This document shows, in pieces, positions 17,873-26,100 of a stretch of DNA of 50,586 bases. Below the pieces are notes generated by a model that saw only the letters and a program-made list of their open reading frames with translations, was not told where the DNA came from and searched no databases. This stretch comes from Minisyncoccota bacterium (GTDB lineage: Bacteria; Patescibacteriota; Minisyncoccia; Phycocordibacterales; Phycocordibacteraceae). Position 1 is the first letter of the stretch, and each line of letters begins with the position of its first letter. The DNA is taken from assembly GCA_041666065.1 (NCBI GenBank), contig JBAYHQ010000001.1:1-50586 (forward strand), written 5' to 3'. A program made the translations under genes and the position numbers.

Positions 17873-17907
17873 GCGGGTGACTAACCATGTCACCCGCACT
17901 CTTTTTT
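17873..17907 (+). terminator. intrinsic terminator
   Basis: GCGGGTGAC-TAACCAT-GTCACCCGC is followed by ACTCTTTTTT. Confidence 0.8.
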
Positions 17908-17943
17908 GCATACAAAATCACAACAGCGTATATTTGAGTACAT

Positions 17944-19029
17944 ATGGCAAAGGATTATTACAACGTGCTCGGCGTAGATAAGAAAGCGACTCAGGACGAT
18001 ATCAAGAAGGCGTTCCGTAAGCTCGCGCACAAATACCACCCCGACAAGGGCGGTACCGACGAGTCTAAGTTCAAGGAGATCACCGAGGCATACTCCGTCC
18101 TTTCCGACGAGAAGAAGCGCCGCGAGTACGACGCGTACGGGCAATCATTCCCCGGCGGTGCACCGCACGGCGGAGGCAACCCGTTCGGCGGATTTGATTT
18201 CTCCCAGTTCCAGCAGGGCTTCGGGCAGGGCGGTGTAGAGTTTGATTTCGGTGACATCTTCGGCGATATGTTCCAAGGTGGACGGGGAGGGCGCGCCCGC
18301 GCGCCACGCGGTCGCGACATCTCCATAGACTTAGAGATCCCGTTCAAGGACGCGGTCTTCGGCACTGACCGCACAGTCCTCATAGGCAAGGTCTCCACCT
18401 GCGATACGTGCAAGGGCAACGGCGCGAAGGCGGGTACGGAACTTGAGACCTGCAAGACCTGCAACGGCACCGGCAGCGTGCACGAGGTGCGCAACACCGT
18501 CTTCGGGCAGATGGCGAGCTCGCGCATGTGCGCTGCGTGCGAGGGGGTAGGCAAAATACCGAAAGAGAAGTGTGCCACCTGCAAGGGTCACGGCGTCCTG
18601 CGCCGCGAAGTGGAGCTGAAGATCGCCATCCCCGCTGGTATAGATAACGGCGAGATGATACGTCTCCCAGAACAAGGTGAGGCGGTGAAGACCGGCACGG
18701 CCGGCGACCTCTACGTGAAGGTGCACGTGAAGCCGCACGCGACCTTCCGTCGTGACGGCTCAAACCTCATCATGCACTTGCCGGTCAAGCTCACGGACGC
18801 GCTGCTCGGCACCGTCGCTTCGGTGGAAACACTGGAAGGGAAGATACTGGAGGTGAAGATACCCGCAATGAAGCGCGCCGAAGAGCTCCTCCGCGTAGCG
18901 GGCAAGGGCATCCCTGAGGGCGGCAGCCGCCGCGGCGATCTCATCATCCGCCTTGAGGTAGCGCTCCCGCACAAGCTCTCCGGCAAAGCGAAGAAAATTG
19001 TGGAAGACTTGAAAACCGAGGGACTCTAA
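17944..19029 (+). CDS. dnaJ: molecular chaperone DnaJ
   Basis: The J-domain has YYNVLGV...HPDK, followed by a G/F-rich linker and four CxxCxGxG repeats ([32 protein letters not shown]). Confidence 0.95.
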   Translation: MAKDYYNVLGVDKKATQDDIKKAFRKLAHKYHPDKGGTDESKFKEITEAYSVLSDEKKRREYDAYGQSFPGGAPHGGGNPFGGFDFSQFQQGFGQGGVEFDFGDIFGDMFQGGRGGRARAPRGRDISIDLEIPFKDAVFGTDRTVLIGKVSTCDTCKGNGAKAGTELETCKTCNGTGSVHEVRNTVFGQMASSRMCAACEGVGKIPKEKCATCKGHGVLRREVELKIAIPAGIDNGEMIRLPEQGEAVKTGTAGDLYVKVHVKPHATFRRDGSNLIMHLPVKLTDALLGTVASVETLEGKILEVKIPAMKRAEELLRVAGKGIPEGGSRRGDLIIRLEVALPHKLSGKAKKIVEDLKTEGL

Positions 19030-19040
19030 ACTCTTTGATC

Positions 19041-19859
19041 ATGCTAAATGAATCTTCGCAGCTGGCACAGAAGATTCTAGATATTGCAGATCGAGCTGGC
19101 GCAATCCTATTGAAACATTTCAGAACGATTCAGAAGATAGAGTACAAGCTGGACGAATTCGATCCCGTCACCGCCGCTGACCGAGAATCCGACGACTTTA
19201 TACGAGAACAACTTCACACTTTGTTCCCAGATGATCTTATTCTGTCTGAAGAAAATGACGTCCTTCCTCATGAATATACCAGCAGGGTGTGGATGATTGA
19301 TCCCTTGAACGGGACAAAATCCTTCGTGAAGGGGTCTGATACTTTTGGTGTCGCCATCGGCCTCGTGGAGGGCGGCGTCCCCGTCTTGGGTTGCGTGACT
19401 GTGCCGGCGCAAGGTAGGGGTTTTTATGCCGAGAAGAACAAGGGGGCCTTCGAAAAAGTCGGAGAGGTATTTGAGAGAATGCGCGCATCTTCAACGTCTG
19501 ATATAGAAAAGTCGCGTTTGATTACACGCGAGCCGAGCGGAGAGATTCGTCCTATCGAAGAAAAACTCGACCGGCTGCCTTTTGTGGAAAGAATGGAAGG
19601 AATAAGCGGAGCGAAGGTCTGCATGATAGCAAGAGGGGACGCAGAGGCGCATGTAAATACCAATTTCAGAGCATGTAAATGGGATATTGCGGCGTCTCAA
19701 ATAATACTCGAAGAGGCCGGAGGGGTAGTGACTGACCTAGACGGACAACCGATAGACTACAAGAAAGATTCCGTACACCTCATGAGGAGCTATGTTGCCT
19801 CGGCGAATAGGGAGTTGCATGGGAAGATTATCGAAGAATTGCACAAACTGAATGTCTAA
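19041..19859 (+). CDS. inositol monophosphatase / CysQ (3'(2'),5'-bisphosphate nucleotidase) family protein
   Basis: DPVTAADRESD, LSEEN, WMIDPLNGTKSF and KWDIAASQIILEEAGG are IMPase-fold motifs. The usual DPxDGT motif reads DPLNGT here. Confidence 0.75.
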   Translation: MLNESSQLAQKILDIADRAGAILLKHFRTIQKIEYKLDEFDPVTAADRESDDFIREQLHTLFPDDLILSEENDVLPHEYTSRVWMIDPLNGTKSFVKGSDTFGVAIGLVEGGVPVLGCVTVPAQGRGFYAEKNKGAFEKVGEVFERMRASSTSDIEKSRLITREPSGEIRPIEEKLDRLPFVERMEGISGAKVCMIARGDAEAHVNTNFRACKWDIAASQIILEEAGGVVTDLDGQPIDYKKDSVHLMRSYVASANRELHGKIIEELHKLNV

Positions 19860-20361
19860 CATGATTATCTTACTCGACGGTTCTAAGGGGGCAGGGAAGA
19901 CGACGGTCGGGAAGACCCTCGTGGAACGGCTCAAGGATGCAGTGTTCCTCAGTCTCGACGACGAACGACGCTCGCTCGCCGATCAAGATAGGCCGCGCGC
20001 AGAGCGCAATAAAGAGGCGTTTGAGAATGTGATGGAAAAGGGCAGCAAGTATTTAGATAAAGGTATGAACCTCATCATTGATTGCGGTCTCACCAACGAA
20101 CGTGTTTCGAGGCTAGAGGCGCTTGCCGCAGAGAAAGATTCCAAGATTTATAAATTCTTACTCAAGGCCTCCTACGAAACACAGCTAGACCGTGTGCGCT
20201 CTCGCGACGCATCAAAGGGAAACGCAACAGATGAGGCGCGATTCGCAGAAGTGCACGCCATTGTTCATGCAAAAGATTTCAGCGACTTCACAACTATAGA
20301 GACCGGCGATCTGAGCCCGTCTGAGATTGCAGAGAAAATAGCCGTGTTGATTACACGCTAG
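19852..20361 (+). CDS. P-loop NTPase / small-molecule kinase-like protein
   Basis: The Walker A motif is LLDGSKGAGKTTVGK. At about 165 aa the size and layout resemble NMP/adenylylsulfate/shikimate-type kinases. The start may be the ATG at 19861. Confidence 0.6.
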   Translation: MSNMIILLDGSKGAGKTTVGKTLVERLKDAVFLSLDDERRSLADQDRPRAERNKEAFENVMEKGSKYLDKGMNLIIDCGLTNERVSRLEALAAEKDSKIYKFLLKASYETQLDRVRSRDASKGNATDEARFAEVHAIVHAKDFSDFTTIETGDLSPSEIAEKIAVLITR

Positions 20362-20392
20362 GCTGGTTTCGGCGGGTGTATACTATTCCCAT

Positions 20393-20914
20393 ATGTCCGC
20401 CACCGAAGGTATCGCTCAGGTCAGCACACTCGCGACACAGTATTCGCACACCGTGTGGAACTTCGCGAGCGACTTTCTCATCGTGCTCGTACTGTTCGCG
20501 GTCTTCTTCCTCTTCGCGTGGTACATAGGGCGAGCGACACTCGTCTCGGTATTGCTTGCGCTCTACGCCGCATACGCTATCTACGTAGCCTTCCCGTACG
20601 CGTCGCTCTTGCCCACCGCACCAGCCCTGACCGCGCTTGGCGCAAACATCATCCTGTATGCCGGCATCACGCTTCTTTTCTATATCGTCCTGCGCCGTGT
20701 CGTCGTGTCTGACTTCCTCTACGTCGGCATATTCGGCACGCTCATACTCTCCTTGCTCGGAGCGACCTTCTTGCTTGCGCTTGCGTATCACGTGTTCCCT
20801 GTGGCGGCCGTATACAACTTCACTCCGGCGATAGACGTGCTCTTCGCACCCAAGGCATACTTCTTCTGGTGGTTCTCCGCTCCGGCCATCGGCCTCTTCT
20901 TCCTCGCTCGCTGA
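20393..20914 (+). CDS. hypothetical multi-pass membrane protein
   Basis: The 173-aa product has 4-5 hydrophobic helices and no recognised motif. Confidence 0.55.
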   Translation: MSATEGIAQVSTLATQYSHTVWNFASDFLIVLVLFAVFFLFAWYIGRATLVSVLLALYAAYAIYVAFPYASLLPTAPALTALGANIILYAGITLLFYIVLRRVVVSDFLYVGIFGTLILSLLGATFLLALAYHVFPVAAVYNFTPAIDVLFAPKAYFFWWFSAPAIGLFFLAR

Positions 20915-20917
20915 GTT

Positions 20918-20964
20918 ATTTGGCGGCGAAACCCCCAAGTAACTTGGGGGTTTCGCCGCCAAAT
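20918..20964. repeat. 23-bp perfect palindrome
   Basis: ATTTGGCGGCGAAACCCCCAAGT-A-ACTTGGGGGTTTCGCCGCCAAAT lies between the membrane-protein gene and tyrS. Confidence 0.85.
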
Positions 20965-20985
20965 GCTGTGATATGATTCCCGCAT

Positions 20986-22263
20986 ATGGCATTCTTCTCA
21001 AAGCCGTTCTCAAATATTGCTGATGAGCTTAAGGCGCGCGGGCTCATAGAGCTCTCCTCTGCTTCGCCGGAGGAGATCTTGTCAAAATCGCGCACGGTCT
21101 ACGTCGGCACCGACCCGACCGCCGACTCGCTCCACGTGGGGCATCTCACGTGGCTCTTGCTTATGAAGCGGCTCGGTGACGCAGGTCACAAGCTCGTCTT
21201 CCTCGTGGGCGGCGGCACCGGCATGATCGGCGACCCGAAGGAGAAGGGCGAGCGTCCTATGCTCACAGAGAAGGTTGTCGCCGCGAACACGCGCGCACTG
21301 AAGACGCAGCTGAAACAGATCCTCGGCAACCTCTCGTTCAAGATGGTAGACAACGCCGACTGGCTTCTTGGCGAGAAGCTCATCCCGTTCCTTCGCGACG
21401 TGGGGAAGTACTTCACCGTGAACGATTTGATAAAACGCGAGATTATCAAGAAGCGTCTTGATACGCCAGACGAGAGCATCTCCTACACCGAGTTCACCTA
21501 CGCGCTCCTACAGGGCCTTGATTACTTCACACTCCATCAGAAGTACGGTGTTGACCTACAGATAGGAGGCAGCGACCAATGGACGAACGTCCTCTCTGGC
21601 GTGGACCTCGTCCATAAACGTCTGGGGAAGGAGGTGTACGCACTCGGTTTCCCGCTTACGAGCGACGCCTCCGGCAAGAAATTCGGCAAAAGCGAAGGGA
21701 ATGCGATCTGGCTTGACCCGAAGAAGACCTCGCCCTTTAAGTTCTACCAATTCTGGATCAACCTGCCAGATGCAGGACTTGAGAAGTATCTCCGCGTCTA
21801 CACCTTTCTCCCGCTAAACGAGATAGACGCACTTATGGAGCTGCATACGCGCAATCCTCAAGAGCGCCAAGCACAGGAAACGCTTGCACGACTCGTGACC
21901 GAGATCGTGCACGGCCCTGCAGCCACAGCGCAGTCTGCGGCTGCCTCTGACGCGCTCTTCGGCGATACGCCGTTTAGCGAGCTCTCACGTGAGGCGCGCC
22001 AAGTAGCGCTCGCCGAAGCGCCGTCGGTGATACTTGAGAAGAAAGACCTTGTGGGCGGGCTCTCGTTTGCAGAAGTGCTGGTAACGGGCGGACTCGCCTC
22101 AAGTAAGAGTGACGCGCGTCGCCTGATTGAAGGGAAGGGGATTACGCTCTCCGGCTTCCCGATAACTGATCCAAGCCAAGAGCTCCACGCGGCTTATCTC
22201 TCAGGTGGCTATGCGCTCGTACGTAAGGGCAAGCAGGGCGTCCTCGTGCTTGTTTTGAAATAA
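20986..22263 (+). CDS. tyrS: tyrosine--tRNA ligase
   Basis: HIGH motif (LHVGH), KMSKS-type motif (KFGKS), GGSDQW, and a C-terminal S4-like domain (SKSDARRLIEGKGITL) are present. Confidence 0.93.
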   Translation: MAFFSKPFSNIADELKARGLIELSSASPEEILSKSRTVYVGTDPTADSLHVGHLTWLLLMKRLGDAGHKLVFLVGGGTGMIGDPKEKGERPMLTEKVVAANTRALKTQLKQILGNLSFKMVDNADWLLGEKLIPFLRDVGKYFTVNDLIKREIIKKRLDTPDESISYTEFTYALLQGLDYFTLHQKYGVDLQIGGSDQWTNVLSGVDLVHKRLGKEVYALGFPLTSDASGKKFGKSEGNAIWLDPKKTSPFKFYQFWINLPDAGLEKYLRVYTFLPLNEIDALMELHTRNPQERQAQETLARLVTEIVHGPAATAQSAAASDALFGDTPFSELSREARQVALAEAPSVILEKKDLVGGLSFAEVLVTGGLASSKSDARRLIEGKGITLSGFPITDPSQELHAAYLSGGYALVRKGKQGVLVLVLK

Positions 22264-22265
22264 AC

Positions 22266-22351
22266 TGGTGCGCCGGGAAGGATTCGAACCTTCGTAGGCC
22301 GAAGCCGACAGGTTTACAGCCTGTTGTAATTGACCACTCTACCACCGACGC
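22266..22351 (-). tRNA. tRNA-Tyr (anticodon GTA), CCA encoded
   Basis: The reverse complement folds as a cloverleaf. The acceptor stem is GCGTCGG/CCGGCGC, the anticodon loop is CTGTAAA, there is a long variable arm (bacterial Tyr type), the T-arm is GAAGGTTCGAATCCTTC, and the 3' end is ACCA. Confidence 0.9.
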
Positions 22352-22386
22352 GACCGAACAATTATAACTAATTTTAAGACACAAAG

Positions 22387-22415
22387 CAAAATCCCCGCAC
22401 CGGCGGGGATTTTTT
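22387..22415. terminator. bidirectional intrinsic terminator
   Basis: AAAA-ATCCCCGC-ACCG-GCGGGGAT-TTTTT: the stem has an A-tract and a T-tract on either side. Confidence 0.8.
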
Positions 22416-22435
22416 GTATTGCGGACGAGAGCCGG

Positions 22436-22564
22436 CTAGACCAGCACTAGCGCAGCGAACGCCACTGTCGCCATGATTGCTGCGCCGAAGATGACGATAA
22501 GCAGTATCCCGCTCACTTTGCCGAGGTTCACACTCGGCATACCATCGTTATGCTGATGTACCAT
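22436..22564 (-). CDS. small hydrophobic membrane peptide (42 aa)
   Basis: A strong SD (AAGAGGAGGGTTCACCATG) is present. The product is MVHQHNDGMPSVNLGKVSGILLIVIFGAAIMATVAFAALVLV, and the bidirectional terminator follows the gene. Confidence 0.45.
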   Translation of the reverse strand: MVHQHNDGMPSVNLGKVSGILLIVIFGAAIMATVAFAALVLV

Positions 22565-22654
22565 GGTGAACCCTCCTCTTGCACGGTTGACCGAGCTTCT
22601 GCCCTCAAGGGTACTGTGCTCAGGAGGGTAGTCAACGCATGGTACTGTATAACT

Positions 22655-23713
22655 ATGAACGTCATGGATCTCCTCTATCAGCGCGCGCTTAAGCCCATGC
22701 TCTTCAAGTGCAACCCTGAGACGATGCACGACCTCTTCGTCGCTGTCGGCGAGTTCTCCGGCCGGTTCTGGATACTGCGCAAGCTCTTCGCGCTCATCTA
22801 CAACTATCGCGGTCCCGATATCAGCAAAACGGTTGACGGTATAACCTACCGCACGCCCATCCTGCTCTCAGCAGGCTTTGACCCCGACGGTCAGCTTACG
22901 CGCATTCTCCCCTCACTCTCCTTCGGTGGAGAGGAGATAGGTTCTACCACCGCGCACCCCTGCGCGGGCAACCCGCGGCCGCGTCTCACTCGGCTCATCC
23001 GCAACAAGAGCCTCGTCGTCTACAAAGGTCTGCGCAACAAGGGCGTTGACGCGCTCATCCGCAAACTGAAGCGCACCCCCCGCACGCCCGGCTACGTGCT
23101 CGGTATCTCAATAGCCTTTACCAACGAGCCCGAAGCTTCTACCAGTGTAGAGGCTGGTATCCGTGACTACGCAGAATCGTTCAAGAAGTTGGCTGAAGCG
23201 GGCGTGGGCGACTACTACACCATCAACATCTCATGCCCCAATTCCTATACGGGAGAGACGTTCATAGAGCCGACGCTCTTCGCACGGCTCATGCCGCGTC
23301 TTATGGAAATCCCGCATACCGTGCCGGTGTATATCAAAATGCCTATCAACATACCGTGGGAGCAGTTTGACGCTCTGCTTGATATCGCCGACACGAACGG
23401 GGTGGAGGGGGTCATCATAGGCAATTTGAATAAGAACTACAGCCACCTCAACCACCCCGAAGATGCACCGAAGGAGTTCCGCGGCGGACTCTCCGGCTCG
23501 CCGACCTTCAAGCTCAGTAACGAGCTGATCAGGAAGACACGCGAGGCATATGGCAAGCGCTTCACGATTATCGGCACGGGGGGCATATTCTCCGCAGAGG
23601 ACGCGATGGCGAAGTTTGACGCAGGTGCTGATCTTATCCAGCTCGTCTCTGGCATGATATTTGAAGGGCCAGGGCTTATGCAGAAGATCTGCGAAGCGTA
23701 TGCAAAAAGGTGA
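22655..23713 (+). CDS. pyrD: dihydroorotate dehydrogenase-like flavoenzyme (class-2-like layout, Cys at catalytic-base position)
   Basis: The product can be aligned by eye along E. coli PyrD: RALKPMLFKCNPETMHD, LSAGFDPDG, GNPRPRLTRL, NISCPNS, GGLSGSP, IIGTGGI and QLVSGMIFEGPGL. The start is uncertain (22655 or 22664). Confidence 0.75.
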   Translation: MNVMDLLYQRALKPMLFKCNPETMHDLFVAVGEFSGRFWILRKLFALIYNYRGPDISKTVDGITYRTPILLSAGFDPDGQLTRILPSLSFGGEEIGSTTAHPCAGNPRPRLTRLIRNKSLVVYKGLRNKGVDALIRKLKRTPRTPGYVLGISIAFTNEPEASTSVEAGIRDYAESFKKLAEAGVGDYYTINISCPNSYTGETFIEPTLFARLMPRLMEIPHTVPVYIKMPINIPWEQFDALLDIADTNGVEGVIIGNLNKNYSHLNHPEDAPKEFRGGLSGSPTFKLSNELIRKTREAYGKRFTIIGTGGIFSAEDAMAKFDAGADLIQLVSGMIFEGPGLMQKICEAYAKR

Positions 23714-23751
23714 GCCCTTGTCGGGGCTCGTAAGTGAGCGATAGCTCACGA

Positions 23752-23898
23752 TTATTCGGGATCGGCGACTGTCTGAGCGGGAGCGGGGTACTTCAGATTC
23801 GGAAGCCACCACGCCCACCAAACTGCCGTATTGATGCCGATGAAAACATTCGCAGCGATTGCGGCTTCAATCGCTTTCAACAAAGGGTTCGCATTCAT
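23752..23898 (-). CDS. small hypothetical peptide (48 aa) with Trp-rich hydrophobic segment
   Basis: Hand-translated as MNANPLLKAIEAAIAANVFIGINTAVWWAWWLPNLKYPAPAQTVADPE. A strong SD (GAAAGGAGGG) is present. On the - strand the gene is followed by hairpins and a T-run (23711-23750). Confidence 0.4.
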   Translation of the reverse strand: MNANPLLKAIEAAIAANVFIGINTAVWWAWWLPNLKYPAPAQTVADPE

Positions 23899-23970
23899 AG
23901 CTGATCCCTCCTTTCTACCCCAACGATAGCGCCCTCATAAGGAGCGTCAAGGTGTGGTATCGTACAACAT

Positions 23971-24930
23971 ATGTCTGAAGCAAAACCAGTACTCGTCTCC
24001 GGCGTGAAGCCGACCGGCGACCTGCATATCGGCAACTATTTCGGCGCGATGCGCCAGTTTGTAGAGCTCGTCCAGAGCGGGAAGTACCAGCCCTTCATCT
24101 TCGTGGCCGACTACCACGCACTCAACACTATGCAGGATGCGGAGGAGATGCGGCGCCGTACTCGCGAGCTCGTGATGGCGTACCTCGTTATCGGTCTTGA
24201 TCCGGAAAAGGTGGTCTTCTTCAAACAGTCCGACGTACCCGCACACACCGAGCTCTGTTGGATATTTGACACTATCACCACCATGCCGTACCTCATGCGC
24301 GCTCACGCGTACAAGGACGCTGAGGCGAAGAACAAGGAGATAAGTGTCGGGACCTTCAACTACCCGATGCTCATGGCGGCCGACATCCTGCTCTACGACG
24401 CGGCTATCGTGCCGGTCGGCGCAGACCAGAAACAGCACATAGAATACGCCCGCGACACCGCGGAGAAGTTCCACCGTGTCTACAAGACCGACCTCTTCAC
24501 ACTCCCTGAGCCGTACATCATGCCTGAGGTCGCAGTCGTGCCCGGCACTGACGGCCGCAAGATGAGCAAGAGCTACGGCAACGTCATACCGCTCTTCGCC
24601 TCGCGCGAGGAACTCGTGAAGGCGGTCATGAGCATCGTTACCGACTCCTCTGGCGACCGCCCTGAGAACGTGTACCAGATACACAAGCTCATCCGAAGCG
24701 AGAGTGAACTTACTACCATATATGGTAGTAACGCCGGCAACTACAAAGCGCTTAAGGAACTCCTGATAGAAGACCTGGATACCTACCTCGCGCCCATGCG
24801 TCTGCGGTATGCGGAGCTACGGGCTGACTCTTCTGTTGTGGAGGACGTGCTTGAGAGAGGGAAGCGGGAAGCTCGCGCGATAAGCGAAGCGAAGATGGAG
24901 CACGTGCGAAAAGCGATCGGCGTGGCATAA
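23971..24930 (+). CDS. trpS: tryptophan--tRNA ligase
   Basis: GVKPTGDLHIGNYFGA carries the HIGH motif, along with GADQKQH and the KMSKS motif. The 319-aa size fits TrpRS. Confidence 0.93.
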   Translation: MSEAKPVLVSGVKPTGDLHIGNYFGAMRQFVELVQSGKYQPFIFVADYHALNTMQDAEEMRRRTRELVMAYLVIGLDPEKVVFFKQSDVPAHTELCWIFDTITTMPYLMRAHAYKDAEAKNKEISVGTFNYPMLMAADILLYDAAIVPVGADQKQHIEYARDTAEKFHRVYKTDLFTLPEPYIMPEVAVVPGTDGRKMSKSYGNVIPLFASREELVKAVMSIVTDSSGDRPENVYQIHKLIRSESELTTIYGSNAGNYKALKELLIEDLDTYLAPMRLRYAELRADSSVVEDVLERGKREARAISEAKMEHVRKAIGVA

Positions 24931-25013
24931 GTGATTTGACTTTTACGTAAATAATGATAGCGTCATAGACGGCCCAGATTCTGGGGCAATCAACCTAACC
25001 GAGGAGGATTGAA

Positions 25014-26036
25014 TTGGACATTCCAAACTATTACGCCGACTCAATGGCATTCTTCGGCCTCCAAGGCCGGACGCTCCCGCTCTTCAGCCTCGTCCCGTCA
25101 AAACGGCCGATGCTCTCACTCGCGCATCTTACCAGCGTGCCTCCGTTGAACACCTATATGGAGAGCTTTGACGCAGCATTCGTTGCGCACAACATCTTCC
25201 GTAAACAGGCTCTGGCGAATCGGGGCGTGCACGTAGTGCGCATACAAGACGACCTCAACCGACAAGGCATGGGTCTCGTCTTCGGCATGCAACACGCGCC
25301 GAAACACATGACGTGGCTGCGCATGCAGAAGTTGAGGAGTGCGGACCTGCAGATCATGGCGCTCGCCTACAACGGCCCGACCGAGTACGGCCACGGCTTC
25401 ATGAGCGACGGCGGACTGACCACGTACGGCCGCAAGCTCATAGAGTGGATGGCCGAATGCAACATGATCCTAGACGTCTCCCACGCGAATCATCAGACCG
25501 CGTATGAGGCGCTGGAATTTATCTTGCAGGAAGGTCTGCCGGTGCACCCCATGGCGTCGCACACCGGCTGCTACAGCGTAGCGCCGCATCGCCGCAACCT
25601 GAAAGATGATTCTATCGGGCTGATCGCTGCCCTCAAGGGCTACATCGGCCTGCTGTGCATCACTTTCTTCATCGCGCACAAGGGCGACGACTACTTTGCA
25701 GCCTTCGCTCGTCATGTGGAACACGCGATGCTCATGTCCGGTAGTAGCGGAGCGTATGTCGGGGTCGGGTCCGACTGCAACCACATGGACATGACCATGT
25801 CGGAGGCGTCTGAGCATTATGCGCACATGACCAAGATGCTTACGACGGCGGGCACGCTCGGAGAATACTTTCCCGATCGGCCGCCGGAACTCATCCTTGA
25901 TGGCTCAAAGATGTTCCAAGTCATCCATGAGGCGCTGGGGGGCCTGAAATCTGCACCCTTCCTCCCGCACGTGCTCCACACCTTGCTCGGCGTCAACTTC
26001 AAACGCTTCCTGAACCGTTCTTTACCGCGGAGATAG
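25014..26036 (+). CDS. membrane dipeptidase (peptidase M19) family protein
   Basis: ILDVSHANHQTAYEAL, MASHTGCYSVAPHRRNLKDD and VGVGSDCNHMD match the M19 core. The TTG start lies 7 nt after GAGGAGG. I did not find the N-terminal HxD zinc motif. Confidence 0.6.
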   Translation: MDIPNYYADSMAFFGLQGRTLPLFSLVPSKRPMLSLAHLTSVPPLNTYMESFDAAFVAHNIFRKQALANRGVHVVRIQDDLNRQGMGLVFGMQHAPKHMTWLRMQKLRSADLQIMALAYNGPTEYGHGFMSDGGLTTYGRKLIEWMAECNMILDVSHANHQTAYEALEFILQEGLPVHPMASHTGCYSVAPHRRNLKDDSIGLIAALKGYIGLLCITFFIAHKGDDYFAAFARHVEHAMLMSGSSGAYVGVGSDCNHMDMTMSEASEHYAHMTKMLTTAGTLGEYFPDRPPELILDGSKMFQVIHEALGGLKSAPFLPHVLHTLLGVNFKRFLNRSLPRR

Positions 26037-26055
26037 GAGACTCCGCACCTTCACA

Positions 26056-26080
26056 CCTCGCAACGATTTTTGTTGCGGGG
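26056..26080 (+). terminator. candidate terminator hairpin
   Basis: CCTCGCAAC-GATTTTT-GTTGCGGGG contains one G-U pair and has only a weak T-tract after it. Confidence 0.35.
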
Positions 26081-26100
26081 TGTGCTATTTTATAGGGTAT

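Noticed and set aside
22621-22690. A possible 17-codon upstream ORF (ATG at 22639, preceded by AGGAGGG) overlapping the pyrD-like start.
   Set aside because: It rests only on SD spacing and cannot be assessed for conservation here. I record it as uncertainty about the pyrD start, not as a feature.
24931-25013. TTGACT at 24935 as a promoter -35 box for the dipeptidase gene.
   Set aside because: I found no acceptable -10 hexamer at a 16-18 nt spacing; the candidates TAGCGT and TAATGA are poor or mis-spaced.
20915-26100. T-box riboswitch leaders upstream of tyrS, trpS and aspS.
   Set aside because: The intergenic spacers are only about 60-85 nt, far shorter than a T-box leader of about 200 nt or more. 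I found no specifier-loop or T-box consensus sequence.
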